Assembly (NCBI RefSeq): GCF_009914755.1
Contig: NC_060928.1
DNA from: the human T2T-CHM13v2.0 reference genome, Homo sapiens
Direction: 5' to 3' (one strand)
Length of the DNA: 64,000 bases
Part shown: positions 1 through 39,020 of the stretch, in pieces
Position numbering within the stretch: the first letter of the stretch is position 1
Layout of the letters: every line of letters starts with the position of its first letter
The notes under the pieces: model-generated
Database searches by the model: none
What the model was told of the DNA's origin: nothing
Seen by the model: only the letters and a program-made list of their open reading frames with translations
Made by a program: the position numbers and the translations under genes

Positions 1-173
1 AATCAGCTTATATTTTTCCCCATGCTTCCTTTACTTTTTATTTTGTTAAAGAAGAATAAGTGCATTAGTTATCAAAAGAAATAGAGCTTTGCAAGTATTT
101 GCAGAATTCTGAAACTTAAGTATTTACTTCTTCAGGTCTGAATTGGAGATAAACAATAGTACTTAAAGCGTGC

Positions 174-578
174 TTCAGTTATCTGTTGCTTTGTAACAAA
201 CCAAAAACTTAACCAGTGTAAAACAACTATGATTTCTCAGGATTCTATGGGTTGACTGGACTGCTTTGCTGGTCTTGTCTGGGCTCACTCATGCAGATAT
301 AGTCAGCTGGCAACACACCTGGGGCGGGACTCACATGCATATCTTGCTCTTGCCTGGATCTCTCTCTCTCTCTGCACAGTCTCTCATTCAGTAGTTTAGC
401 TTGGGCTTTCTTAGGTGCCTATGAGAGGGGAAGTCGCAAGACCTCTTAAGGATAGCCTAGGAAGTCTCACGTCAGTTCTCTAGTACTGGTCAAAGTAAAT
501 CAGAAGACCAGCCCAGATTCAAGGGGAGGGGAAATGGAGCTTACTACTACCTCTTTAGTGGCAAAGTTACATTGCAAA
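174..578 (-). mobile_element. MLT1-family MaLR solo LTR (old, diverged)
   Basis: begins cagttatctgttgct...aacaaacc..aaaactta and ends gtctaccaca, typical of antisense MLT1J/K/L. Confidence 0.7.
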
Positions 579-1779
579 GGAGCCTGGACAGAGGGAGACA
601 CGATTCATTGGAAGCCGTTACTGTAGCAGTCTACCACATGGTGTTATTGTGAAGATTAAATGAAATAATGTGCTTGATAACTGATAGCCAGTGCAGTCTT
701 AGCCATAACTCCTTCAGAGCTGCTTTCTGAGAAAAGTCTTGGCCTTGCCTGCATTTCCTATGTGGGCAAGAATGTAGCAGGATATTTATCCTTACAACAA
801 CATCAGTTCTACCAGCTATATGCTTTAAGAGAAATACCCTTGAAATATATCAGTGTGTTTTTTTTTAATGTATTTTTTCTTGTATGTACTTTTAATGAAG
901 GTTTTTGGGTGTTTTTTTTAGGAGCTGAGTAACAAAGGATTCCATATTAAAGAATAATGGAATACATTGTTTCTAAAACATCAATACTGTGTGTTCCTAG
1001 CAATTGGGATATCTGTAACAGTAGTTGTTCAATAAACGTGGTTGAATTAATGAATAGCTAGAAAGGGGCAGTGCTTGTATTTGAATCCAGGTTCATCTAC
1101 TCTAAAAAGCTCATTTTAAACCTACCAGACTATGCTCGTTTTCTTGTTAAAAACTCAGTTAGAAATGCTTTCCCATAACTGTGAATTAACACAGCTGTCT
1201 AAAGTTTATATAAGAAATTAGCCAGAGGAAAAGCATTTCCTCCATTTTATAGGCTGCTTTTGTGCATATTATGCATTGTATTTATTATCTCACATAAAGC
1301 TTTAGAATAGGAGAGCCACAACGGAGGATAGACTTTATTGAGGATAGCCTCAAAGGCCCCTTCTAACTCAGATTCTGATTCTCTCTTTGTTGTCCCAAAC
1401 ACAACAGTTTTAGTGGTTTTCATCTCTAGAGTGAAAGTCAATAACATCTAGAGTTTACTGTGCGAAGCACAACATTACTTACATTTAAAAATCCTTAACA
1501 AGTAGGAGTAGGTGATAGTAGTGATATTATTTACATTATAATAAGAGAAAACCAAAGTACAGAGTTGAAATACCTTGCTCTGAGGTCACACAGCTAGTGG
1601 TGAAGCTAGAAGACAGTCCATATCTGCTTGCCTATGAGCCCTTAACTCTAAACAAACACATCTACCTTTTTGGCCTTATTTTCACAAAAAAAAATTGACT
1701 ACACTTCAGATAGTGATTATTTTTGCCTAGAATGCCTGTCTTCCTACTGTTATTAAATTGAAATACTTAGAATGTTTAA

Positions 1780-2150
<371 letters not shown>

Positions 2151-2232
2151 AGCACTTACCTGTTTTTAAGATTTTGTCTTTAATTTTGTGTAGCTTCATT
2201 ATGATATGTCTGTGGATTTGTTTTTACTTTTC

Positions 2233-2760
2233 TATGTCAGTTACCCTTTGCTGTGAAATAAACCCCAAAACTTAGGGCTTAAAACAACAGTCACTTATTT
2301 AGCTTATAATTCTGTAGGTTGGTAGTTTGGATTGGGCCCAGCTGTATGGTTCTTTTCTGCTCCACGTGGTCTTGGTTCCACATGGGCTCCCATGTGGGTC
2401 TATAGTTAGCTGCCAGCCAGGCCAGGTAGGCAGCTCTGCTTCTGTGGATTGGCTGGCTTGTTGGCTGGGGCAATATAGTTGACTGGGCTACATATCTCAT
2501 TAGCCAGTATGTTAGTCTGAGCCTGTTCATGTGACAGCAGCAGGGTTCCAAAAGACAAACACATACAAGGCCTCTCGAGGTCTGGGCTCAGAACTAGCAC
2601 TTCATTTCTACCACGTTTTATTGGTTAACCCCAGATTCAAGGGGTAGGGAAATAAACTCTACCTTTTGATATGAAGAGCTACAAAGTTGTATTGTAAAGG
2701 GACATGGGTACTGGGAGTGAAATTATATTGTGGCCGTTTTTTGTAAGCACTCTGTCACAT
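2233..2760 (-). mobile_element. Second MLT1-family LTR
   Basis: gtcagttaccctttgctgtgaaataaaccccaaaacttag...cccagattcaaggggtaggg, homologous to the 174-578 copy. Confidence 0.7.
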
Positions 2761-2764
2761 TATC

Positions 2765-4030
<1,266 letters not shown>

Positions 4031-4253
4031 AAGATCTGTTAATACCTACCTTTACCACCCATTGTGATCTTAAATGATGACTGTGGTACATTTTCATGCT
4101 TTATTTATCTCCAGATTCCTTTCAAGTGCCAAGAAATTAAGAATCAACATACTGAATTTGGTTCATATACATTAAAGATGCTCAATTCACTGATGATAAA
4201 TGGATAGGAGAGATGTATGATGCCTTAGTAATAAAACTTATTTTCCTCCATAA

Positions 4254-8190
<3,937 letters not shown>

Positions 8191-8793
8191 TTATTAGATC
8201 TGAATGCAAATAAAGAATAAATAGGTACTGTCTGACAGCATAAATGGTATTCTATCAGTGCATTTGGCTTGGCGAAGTTTATTTTGTACAGACTAAGACA
8301 TTCAGTCTTTAATGTTTGGTTTCGTTGCCTGGTCAACATTATCCTATTGCTGGTGACCCTACATACATTACGTCTGTAAGAGGAAAAGATTCAGGTCACC
8401 TCAAATAATGTTTTTGTGTGTCTATGTATTGCACAGTTGAAGGAAATATAGCTTATCTTTTAAGGCATTTGAAAGGAAATTGACTTTGTAGTTTAAATTC
8501 AAAAATAAAACCTTCAAGAAAAAGTGACACCTTAGATTCAGTAACAGAATTATAGATTCATTCTTTCTTGTGATGAGCTTGAAAACTTAAAAAATTCTGG
8601 TATACTATACTGAAAACTAGATGAAGTGGTACCTTATATAATTATAGATTTAATATCTCTTGCGATAGACTAGAAACTTAAAAAAAAATCTGTGGTATAC
8701 TATAAAGAAAACCACAAACTATAGTACTATGAAAGAAACCAAGGTATGTAGAAATGAATAAATACACATCAAAGTTTGCATTAGAAAATATAG

Positions 8794-8916
<123 letters not shown>

Positions 8917-9339
8917 TGAAATGGAAATTTCATGCTTGCCTTGTATTACTGAGCTAGGACTTTAAAGTTCTCTCAAGCCTTGTTTTGTATCAAATTATCA
9001 ATATTAAATATGCATTGAGATTGATTGATTTTAGAATTTAAACTGTTTACAACTTGATTAATTTTCAGTGAATTATCTTCAGAATTACAATCCTAATTAA
9101 AGTTTTGTATGGTTATTGTTATAATAGCTGATAAGGGACAATATAGCATAATAGTAAAGAGAATAGTTTGGATTCAAATCCTGGTATGCTATTTTATGAG
9201 CTGTGTGATCTTGGGTCAATTATTTAACCTCTCTGTGCCTCCTTTTCCTCTTTAAAATGTACTCTGTAGTACATCTAATGTACCTAAAATGTACTCTATA
9301 GTACATTACTGTACTACAGAGTAGTACAGTACTGTACTT

Positions 9340-9872
9340 TGAGAAGTGTCTGCTTATGTCCCTTGTCAATGTTTTAATGGGGTTGTTTTCTTAATGTTCA
9401 ACATCACTAATCATCAGAGAAATGCAAATCAATGTGGGATGCCATCTAATATTAGTCAGAATGGCTACTATTAAAAAGTAAAAAAATAACAAATTCTGGT
9501 TAGACTTCAGAGAAAATGAAATGCTTATACACTGTTGGTGAGAATGTAAATTAGTTCAGCCACTGTGAAAAGCAGTTTGGAGATTATTCAAAGAATTTAA
9601 AGCAGAAGTACCATTCAACCAGCAATTCCATTACTGAGTATATATCCAAAAGAAAATTAAAAATTCCACAAAAAGAAACCCCACATGCACTTGTATATTC
9701 GCCATATTGCTATTCACAATAAGGAAGGCATGGACTTAACTTATGTGTGAATCAATAAATTGGATAGAAATATGTGCCACATATACACCATAAAATACTA
9801 CGCACACATTAAAAAGAATACAATCATGTCCTGTGCAGCAACATGCATATGTCTGTAGGCCATTATCCTAAG
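9340..9872. mobile_element. L1 ORF2 3' fragment with an inverted piece (about 9340-9392 antisense, 9393-9872 sense), preceded by a MIR (~9130-9255)
   Basis: aatgttcaacatcactaatcatcagagaaatgcaaatc...cttatacactgttggtgagaatgtaaattagttcagcc is L1 ORF2 C-terminal sequence. Confidence 0.8.
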
Positions 9873-10458
9873 GAATTTTATAGTGAGTTCACATGGAATT
9901 TTATAGTGAGTTCACATCATTAATGATATCTGATAGTGCTTTACAGTGTGTTCTCACACACATTACCTGTCACATAGGCTCCTTTTAATAACCTGTGACT
10001 AGAACGTATAGGTACAGGTATCCCTGTATAATATATTGTAAGACAAGTCTCAGGATTGAGTAACTTTTTTTCAAGGACATTTAGCTGGCAGAGCCCAGAT
10101 CAGAAACTAGGTTTTCTGATACACTGCTCTTACTTGCTTATATTTCCCTGAGTAATACCAGCTTGTATGGTAACTTAAATGCCTAATGACACTTGTAATG
10201 AAACTGTTTTCTCAGTCACATCCTGTATTACCCAATAATGAATTCCAATTAATATGTGATTAATTAATTACAACTGCCTTAAAAAAATACTGCCTTAAAA
10301 AGTTACTGCCTTAAAACTTAAAAGGTTACTGCCTTAAAAAATCATGGCCTCCGGTGTGAGATAAACTAGCAATGGTTTCCAAAAAACTGTTAGGAGTGGT
10401 TTATTAAGAACTTTGCACTGTAGTAGCAGAAGAATAATGCTTTTTATAACTTTGATCT

Positions 10459-12149
<1,691 letters not shown>

Positions 12150-12301
12150 TATTTTTACTGTTTTTGTGTGGTCATTGTGTAATCAAGTATTTCAGCATAA
12201 GGAAAACTGATGATGTAATATAAAATGATAGGGGTATGGAAATCCTTGAATAATGCATTGAAGGCTGTACTAATATAGATTGTTGTTAGTATTAATTTTA
12301 A

Positions 12302-12532
<231 letters not shown>

Positions 12533-13065
12533 TAGAGAAGTGGTTTTTTAACTTGAGATAGCAGCAGTTATTTTGAGAATCTGATATTAGTAAATTCTTA
12601 AAGGAGATAATCATCCAATTTCATTTTTGACAAAACAGTGTGCCAAACGACATTTTATGATGCAAAATCAAGTAAATATTAGGTTGTTACAACTCCAACT
12701 GACATTTGCTTATAAAGTAAAATTTGATTTTGTGAATCAAATATTGCTCTCTAGACAATTTTTTAAAATCAGTAAAATTGGTATTTCAGCTGAAAACACA
12801 GGAAAACTCCAGCATCGTGTATGCAGGAACATACAAGCTAAATTTAATGTTTAAACTACAGTATTGTACCATAATCCACATTGCAGAAATGTGTTGCTTC
12901 CGTTCACTAGTTTGATATTCTGTAAATGCAAAATTCGTAGGAAAACTTGGGTGGTCTTGATAAACGTTTACTGTTTACGTGGCAGCTTAGTATGTTGAAT
13001 TGCCACTTTAGAATAACTTTCCTATTTATTTTAATTAGTTACTAATGTCAGTTGAAATAATTTGA

Positions 13066-13200
<135 letters not shown>

Positions 13201-13259
13201 TAGTGGATATTGGATGACTATATATAGGATGTATATAATTGCTCACTTATATTTTTTCT

Positions 13260-16760
<3,501 letters not shown>

Positions 16761-16914
16761 GATGGCAGGGCGTGGTAGCTCACGCCTGTAATCCCAGCAC
16801 ATTGGGAGGCTGAGGTGGGCAGATCACCTGAGGTCGGGAGCTTGAGATCAGCCTGGCCAACATGGTGAAACCTTGTTTCTACTAAAAATACAAAAATTAG
16901 CCGGTGTGGTCTCA

Positions 16915-17085
<171 letters not shown>

Positions 17086-17368
17086 TCAACCAATCTTACC
17101 TCTTGATGTATATGTTTTTTAAAATTTATAGTTCTTTATGAAACATTTCTCCTAAGTATATTGCACGAGAAGGATGAAAGGTATGAGACTATTGCTTATT
17201 GTATTGAAAACACTTCCTCTTCCAGTTGGCAAGTATAAAACGGTACCAACTGTGAAGGACTTAAAAATATCTTTGGCCAGGCGCGGTGGCTCACACCTGT
17301 AATCCCAGCACTTTGGGAGGCTGAGGCAGGCGGATCACAAGGTCAGGAGATCAAGACCATCCTGGCTA

Positions 17369-17710
<342 letters not shown>

Positions 17711-18633
17711 TTATGAAATTACTTGGCAATGATGCTCCTTGAAAAAGCGGCCAGTTTGTAAAAAAGCCTTCATATGTAGATGTTGAATTTTGCATTTCAA
17801 GGTCCCTTGATAATTTGGTAGTTTGAAAAAGCTGGGCTTTCTTGATTGCTTTGGTCTTATTCTTTACCTAGCATTTTTTCCCTAGCACAGGGCAATTGAT
17901 TTATTTTCAGTGGTAGCTGAAACAAATATAAAATTAGATACTGTTTTTTGCAGTGGTCATAATTATCATTTTATAGTACTATAGTGTTATCCTCATCTGT
18001 GAGGAAACCAAAGAGATAAAAATGTCATTGGTTTTCTAAACGAGTTAAAGTGACTAAATGTAGACTTTGGATAAATGGGAACTTTTTCTTTCAAAAAATG
18101 ATTCATTCTGATTATGAAAGTAATCGATATAATAGTTACACTTGGCAAAAAATTGGAAAATTCAACAGTATAGTGCTATGCATAGCAAGCAATGTAAATT
18201 TGAATTGTGAATGGAAAAAAGTACAGAATATTAATATATGCAAGGAATAAATTTGCATAAATTTCTCCTCCCATTTCTCTTTGCCCCCAAATCAATAAAG
18301 TATAGAATTATTTTCAAAGCTGGGGCCAAGTGAATTATAAACTCTGTGTTCTTGCCACATGGTGGCACCACTTTTGCAGGTAAATAGGATTAATTTTTCT
18401 GTTAGGATTAATCTTGTTTCATGTGAGTTTTGAGTTATGTGAGGTCTTTAGTTATGCACTCCTGGCATAAAATGTGACCACTGAGATGAAGAAGAAAATG
18501 AAAGCCACCTATAATCTGACTACCCACAGATAATTGCTATTAGTATTTTGATGTATGTGTATAGAAATATATTTTAATAGTGTTTTACATACTGTTTTAT
18601 CCAGTTTTTTCATTTAGGAAAAATACGTGGTGA

Positions 18634-18890
<257 letters not shown>

Positions 18891-19050
18891 TGATCTGCCC
18901 GCCTCGGGCTCCCAAAGTGCTGGGATTACAGGTGTGAGCCACCGCGCCCAGTCTTGTATTCTACCATTTTTATGCACCACAACTTGATCACCAATAATAT
19001 CATAATGGGTGATTTCCAATTTTTTTCCTAGCATAGATATTTATAAATAA

Positions 19051-19362
<312 letters not shown>

Positions 19363-19791
19363 TGAACTCCTGACCTCAGGTGATCCACCTGCCTAGGCAT
19401 CCCAAATTGCTGGAAATACAGGCATGAGCCACCACGCCCGGCCTTAGGATTTATTTTCTAAAGGTAAATGTATAGTGGGTTAAGGGTATATGCATTTTAA
19501 AGGATTCAAAGGATGGTTGGAGAGCATATTTCCCAGTTATTTTCTAGGAAGGTTGTCCCACTAGTCATATATGATATACCCCTAAACTGGGCAGTTGTTC
19601 TTTTAAGATCTTTAGCTTGTGAGATTATCTGAGGATTAAAAGCAGCTAAGATATAATGTGATTAATGATAATAAAAATTCAATAAAACTTTTTAGTTTTT
19701 GTGTAATGCAGTAAAAAGTTTGATTCCCGGCCGGGGGCAGTGGCTCACGCCTGTAATCCCAGCACTTTGGGAGGCCGAGGCGGGTGGATCA

Positions 19792-20133
<342 letters not shown>

Positions 20134-20137
20134 CTAG

Positions 20138-20291
20138 ACAGTACAATGTAGATTATAAACTGGAGACTTACTTGAAGATTGCTAGGCTATATCTGGAGGA
20201 TGATGATCCAGTCCAGGCAGAGGCTTACATAAATCGAGCATCGTTGCTTCAGAATGAATCAACCAATGAACAATTACAGATACATTATAAG
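20138..20291 (+). CDS. COPS4: COPS4 coding exon 5 ([51 protein letters not shown])
   Basis: cctag| acceptor, AAG|gtaaca donor; 154 nt. Confidence 0.97.
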
Positions 20292-20469
20292 GTAACAGAT
20301 GAGTTGATTTGGAATTACTTTTGTATTGGAGAATTGTAACATACTAAGATGTTCCAGGACATCTGATAGATGCTCTTAAATATTAGAAATTGTTTCTCTG
20401 TTTTGTTTTGTTTTGTTTAACTCTTGCTTTTTAATTTGTCCCCTAATTGAAATATTTTCCCTCTGTTAG

Positions 20470-20643
<174 letters not shown>

Positions 20644-21457
20644 TAAATGAACAGTTATCTTTGCTTAATAACTTTAGGTTGGTTACTGTTGGAAAATTTA
20701 GCAAGGAACTATTCTTCAAAAGGATGTCTTCATAATACAGTTATGGTAAATGTAGTTTAAGTGTTTAAAAACAGAAATAAAATGATTTGTTAAATAATTT
20801 AATATGCTCATATCAGCCTATTATGCATATGTGGTAAGAATAGTTAAAAGAGGGCTGGGCGCGGTGGCTCACACTTGTAATCCCAGCACTTTGGGAGGCC
20901 GAGGCGGGTGGATCACGAGGTCAGGAGATCGAGACCATCCTGGCTAACAAGGTGAAACCCCATCTCTACTAAAAATACAAAAAATTAGCCGGGCGTGGTG
21001 GCAGGCGCCTGTAGTCCCAGCTGTGGGGGAGGCTGAGGCAGGAGAATGGCGTGAATCCAGGAGGTGGAGCTTGTAGTGAGCCGAGATCAGGCCACTGCAC
21101 TCCAGCCAGGGCGACAGAGAGACTCTGTCTCAAAAAAAAAAAAAAAAAAAAGAATAGTTAAAAGAGATAATATAAAGTTCTAAAATTTCACTAAAGAAGT
21201 GGATATCAACTTGAGAATTACGCAGAGTGAAACAAAAATTAAAATCTATAGATTGATGAAATGATAATTAATGCACTGCTTTTGGGTTTTTTTTTTTAAC
21301 CTTCAAGCCTTAGTTTTAGACCTGGCATTTATCCTTTTCTTCAATACGTGTAACAAATATTGTTTGTTCTTTTTACTGAATTTTAGCATGTAAATCACTT
21401 ATGAAGTAGAATGGGTATTAAGAGGAAATGCTAATTCTAAACCATAGCTTTTCTTAA

Positions 21458-21649
<192 letters not shown>

Positions 21650-22589
21650 TGAGCTCCTGGGCTCAAGTGATCCATCTGCCTTGGCCTCCCAAAGTGCTGA
21701 GATTACAGGTGTGAGCCACCACGCCCATTCCATTTTATTCTTTATAGACTAGTTATCTTATTTATTTTATTTTTTGTTACTGAAAACGCAGTACATGAAC
21801 ATGGTACTGCTTCTTTTTCTAAAGAACTTTTACTGGTTTCTTACCTATCTTTCAATACAAATGGTAGCATATACACACTTTTGCAACTTACCTTTTTATT
21901 GTAACTGTATACATCATAGTGATCTTTACATGTCAGTACATATAACTCATTCTTTTTGGTTTTCTATTGTCTGGCTTTATCATAATTCATTTAGTCAGTC
22001 ACAACACTATAGTGATTATGCACATGTATGAGTATATGTATAGGTTAACTTTCTGGATCCAAAGGTACATACTTTTGAATTTTTGATAGACGTTCCACAT
22101 TGCCCTATACTATTACACTCCAAACAAAAACATTCATGAGCACCTGATTTCTTACACAGGTATTATCACATTCTTTTATCTTTTCTGATCTGGTAGATGA
22201 AAAACAGTATCTCACTTTAGTTTTAATTTGTATTGATGAATGCTCTTGAGCATTTTTCGTATGTTTAAAAAAATTGTTGAAAATCTGTATTTCTTTATTG
22301 AGTGAATTATACATTTATGTTGACTGGCCATTTTTTGAGTTGTTTGTCCTTTCTTGGTGGCTTGTGGAAGCTCTTTAGATATGAAGGAAAATTAAAATTT
22401 TTCCTAACTTGTCATCTTTTTGGTTTTGTTTATGACATTTTTGCCATGCAGAACCTTTTAGTGTTTACTTAATTACATTTATTAATCTTTCTTTAATGGC
22501 TTCAAGGTTTTGTTGACTTGCTTAGACAAGTCTTCCCTACTCTGAAATTATATGTAGTTGTAAATCCCCCCATGTTTTCTTTCAGTACT

Positions 22590-23895
<1,306 letters not shown>

Positions 23896-24077
23896 AAAAA
23901 TTCTGTTTTCTACTTTCTTTAACATAATAAGTTAGCAGCCATTAAGAATCCTTGCTTGAGGCCAGGCACGGTGGCTCACGCCTGTAATCCCAGCACTTTT
24001 GGGAGGCCGAGGTGGGCGGAGCACTGAGGTCGGGAGTTTGAGACCAGCCTGACTAACATGGAGAAACCTCGTTTCTA

Positions 24078-24295
<218 letters not shown>

Positions 24296-25547
24296 CTATG
24301 TTACAAAATGGTGATTTGCTCATTCTATTCTTCTGCATGAACTTTTTTTTTCCTTTTTTGTACTTTTATTTTGAACTTTTTACTTTACTTTTTTTTCTGC
24401 ATATTTTCTGTTGGTATGATATGTACACAGGAAAAGTACACATGAAAAGTATACAGCTTGATGAATTTTCACAAACTGAACACCTCCATGTAACCAGCAT
24501 CCAGAACAAGAAACAAAATATTGCCAACACCCCTCCTTCTTTGTGCTTTCTTCCAGTCACTAGCCCCAACTCCTAACCCTACAAGAATAATGACTAGTAT
24601 ATATTAGCCTTCTTATTTTTTTATAAATGAAATCATATAGTGTATTCATTCTTGTCTTCTTTTGCTCAAATTTATGAAATTTATCATTATGGCTATGTGT
24701 ATTTGTACTTTCTTCATTTTCCTTGTTATTTAGTATTCCATTGTATGAATATACCACAATTCATTTATCTTAATTTCTTATTGGCTGCTAGGAATAGAAC
24801 TGCTATGAACATTCTTGTATATTTGACACAGCTTTTTATTTATTCAGGGTATGACAATCAGTTACAATTGTTACTCTTTTTGATGTTTAAATTGTTCCAA
24901 TCATGACTAGATTATGTCTTTTTTTTTTTTTTAGATGGAGATGAGGTCTTGCTATGTTGGCCAGAGTAGTCTGGCTTCAAGCAGTCCCTCCATCTTGGTC
25001 TCTCAAAGAGCTAGGATTATAGGCGTGAGCCACTGTGCCTGGCCAGTTACGTCTTTTTGACATGGCCCCATTAATCTTTGAATACTTCCCTGCGAATTAG
25101 CAGAAAAAGGAACTTGGATTTATCTTGTGTTTTGCCTGCCTCAGACTTGAAATCAGCTATTTTTCAAGGATCCCTAGTTCTTTTTAATGGACTACCAAGA
25201 TATGGACAGTAGATATGCTCATTGCTTCTGGGTGTCATTGTGTTTAGGCCCTTTTGGTATAAAGAGCTAGAAATACATTTAGAAAGAAAACCGTTGTTGA
25301 TAGGATCATTTTCATGAGTTTGATTTTTTTAATGTTATCAGTTGTCACTAAAGTTCCTTAAAAATATAAATTGAAACTGTGAATATTAAGTCTCCTATCA
25401 GATAAATATTTTTTCATCTTTTATAAATTTTTATTAACGAAATAATTAATGTTTATTGTAGAAGTACAAATAAGAAAAGGAAAATAGAAATCACCTGTTC
25501 TTCCAACCGCTTGTAACATTTTGGCCCGAAATTCTTCATGTATGACT

Positions 25548-26176
25548 GTATGGTTGCTCTTCTTTATCTGTGGATTCCATGTTTCTGAATTATCCTCCTT
25601 GGTAAAATGTATTCATATCCTCAAAGTCAATACTTGCAGCACTTCCACTGTCATTTGCAGATATGTGCAGGGTGGAAAAACATTTGAATGTCCTGACACA
25701 TGTTTCCACCCGAGGTTGAACATGTAGATTCCCTGCTTGTTTTTTTACTTTTACACTGTACACAAATGTCCTTTTCATGGTCTAAGATCATGTTTTTCAC
25801 ACTTTCGTTCTGTTACCAGTGATTTTGCTGTTTAAAATGGCACCCAGCCATAGTGCTGAAGCGCTGTCTGGGGGGTGTTCTTAAGTGCCCTATGGAGAAA
25901 ATATGTGTGTTAGATAGCTTCATTTAAGTATGATTTATAGTGTTGGCTGTGAGTTCAATGTTAATGAATCAACAATATGTATTAAATAGGATGTCTCTAA
26001 ACAGAAACACACATAAAACAAGGTTACAGATTAATTCATTGACAAAAATGTTGTGACCAGATGCTCACAGGAACCTAGCTTTGTATTCCCATAGGAGCAG
26101 CAGTTTAGTGTTTGATAATTCAGCGTCGGCAGTGACTGCAGACCATAATTACCATGAATAATGAATACTGGCTGTA
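25548..26176 (+). mobile_element. MER82 (TcMar-Tigger) DNA transposon
   Basis: ttatctgtggattccatgtttctgaatt...aaagtcaatacttgcagcact...gaggttgaaca; 3' end aataatgaatactggctgta. Confidence 0.75.
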
Positions 26177-26196
26177 TATTTAGTAGACAAAAATGA

Positions 26197-26499
<303 letters not shown>

Positions 26500-26603
26500 T
26501 AGTGAAAATCATGTTAAATTAGAAGTATCTTTTAATAATAATTCTACATAACACTTCCTCATAAAAAAAGAGGAATTGTTTTTATTTAAAATTTTTTTTT
26601 TAA

Positions 26604-30867
<4,264 letters not shown>

Positions 30868-31641
30868 TGGCAATGAAATTTTAATTAGAATTTTCTAACA
30901 ATTCCTTTACTTGTACACATTCAATACACAGTAAAGGAAGAACAATTTGGGAGTCAAGGTTTAAGTTACCATTAAAAGAGACTTTCTTCTTGAGGCTTTA
31001 AGGTATGATCTCTTGCTGAGACTATTGGAGGTGAATATATTTTTAACAATAAATGCTAGTCACAATCTGTTCAGGACTGATAGGATTGATTGTGAAGATG
31101 GTCAAAATTAATAAATGACCAGGTCACAATCCAGTTTGCTTATGCACAGTAAACATTAAGTATGTCTTCAGGAGTTAGGTAGTAGACCTTTTGCTTTCTT
31201 TTAATTGTCTTTTAAACCCTTTCAATTTCTTTTTGAATTTCACCATCTACCTTTCAATTTTTAAAGAGTTTCTGGGGTAGCAAATACTGTGGAAATTGAA
31301 ATAAAATAAGAAAAACTAGTTTGTTTGGGTTTTTTTGAGGTATGGATCCTAGTAAGAAGAAAAATTGATAGTTTGCTTTTGAGCAGAGGAGAAAATGATA
31401 GTTATATTCTTGTCCAAAATCTCACAAGAAAAACAGATCCCAGTTAACTTAAAATAATGGCTTATGTACAGCAAGAATTGGGAAATAGCCAGATTTACAA
31501 GATTTACTCTTCTAGTGGCAGATTAATGTATATGTAAAGTTTAGTGATGGTAGTTAAACCAGAAGCCTTCTGTTCTCTTTTCATATGTGAATAACTAAAA
31601 GATATGATAAAGTTTCTGAGAGTTTTTTTTTCCCCCAATAG

Positions 31642-31752
<111 letters not shown>

Positions 31753-31842
31753 TAATGAAATAGCAGTGAACTGTTATATTTGTGATTAAAACATGTTGGA
31801 CAGTTTCCTTTGACTCAGAATCTTACTACTGGAATGAGCTTA

Positions 31843-37300
<5,458 letters not shown>

Positions 37301-37391
37301 GGATTCAAGATGACTTTTTTTGAGGGATTTAAATGGTATGATATTTATCCTTCAGTCAAGTACAGATTTGAATGTGTAAACAGACTTGCTT

Positions 37392-37410
37392 TCCCCAGTA
37401 GGTGGCAGTG
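37392..37410 (+). promoter_or_regulatory. Candidate CTCF-binding motif TCCCCAGTAGGTGGCAGTG
   Basis: core matches CCASYAGRKGGCRS; motif only, no binding data. Confidence 0.45.
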
Positions 37411-37634
37411 TCTTAGGAATCTGCAAGCCTTGGTGATGAAAAGACAGCCTCAGTCTTTTTTTGTTGTGGTTGAGGTTGTTGGGTTAGTCGGTTTTATTTC
37501 GTTTTCACTAGTAGTAGTAATAACATGCATCTGTATGTATTTGTTTTATACCTTGTGCCAGTAATTTGGGTACTTTTGAAATGCTAGAAATTTAAAAAAA
37601 GAAAAAACACTTTTCTTAACTGCTGTTTAAATAG

Positions 37635-38330
<696 letters not shown>

Positions 38331-38475
38331 AGTATTTATTGTTTTTATTTTTTTTGAATAGCTTTTTTCTGTTTTTTAGGTATTTAAAAGGAACATGCCT
38401 CTTCCAAGAATAGGCATGTAAAAAGTATATATCTTTTAACTCACAGTTGCTGTGAATACAAAGGAATAATTTTAA

Positions 38476-38634
<159 letters not shown>

Positions 38635-39020
38635 ATCCTTGCAGAACTTCTGTGCACATGACATCTTTTTCCATGTTGTGCAGATCAGTTTCACTATCTC
38701 CAAAGCATTTGCATCATGACCTTATACATTTCAATCCCTTTTATGCTGGATTCCGTTTAAAGAAGACATTATTAGAGCAGGAAGTACAAGCATTTAAAAT
38801 ATGTAGTTCCCATATATTTCAGGGTCTCTGTGTATTAAGCTAACTCAGATGTTTTGAAAGCTTTTTCTTTAAACAGAGGTGAAATATCTGTGGCTAAAAA
38901 GTTTGAGATTTGTGATAACTTTGTAGTCATGTAAAACTTAAGTGCTTCATGCCTCTCCAAATGTGGTTATTCTAATAAATGGAGAAATGAGCCAAATAAA
39001 AGTAGTACTTTGTTTTTAGT
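38635..39020 (+). terminator. COPS4: COPS4 3' UTR with tandem poly(A) signals AATAAA (38974-38979, 38995-39000) and a downstream U/GU-rich element
   Basis: two canonical hexamers followed by tactttgtttttagtt. Confidence 0.85.
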
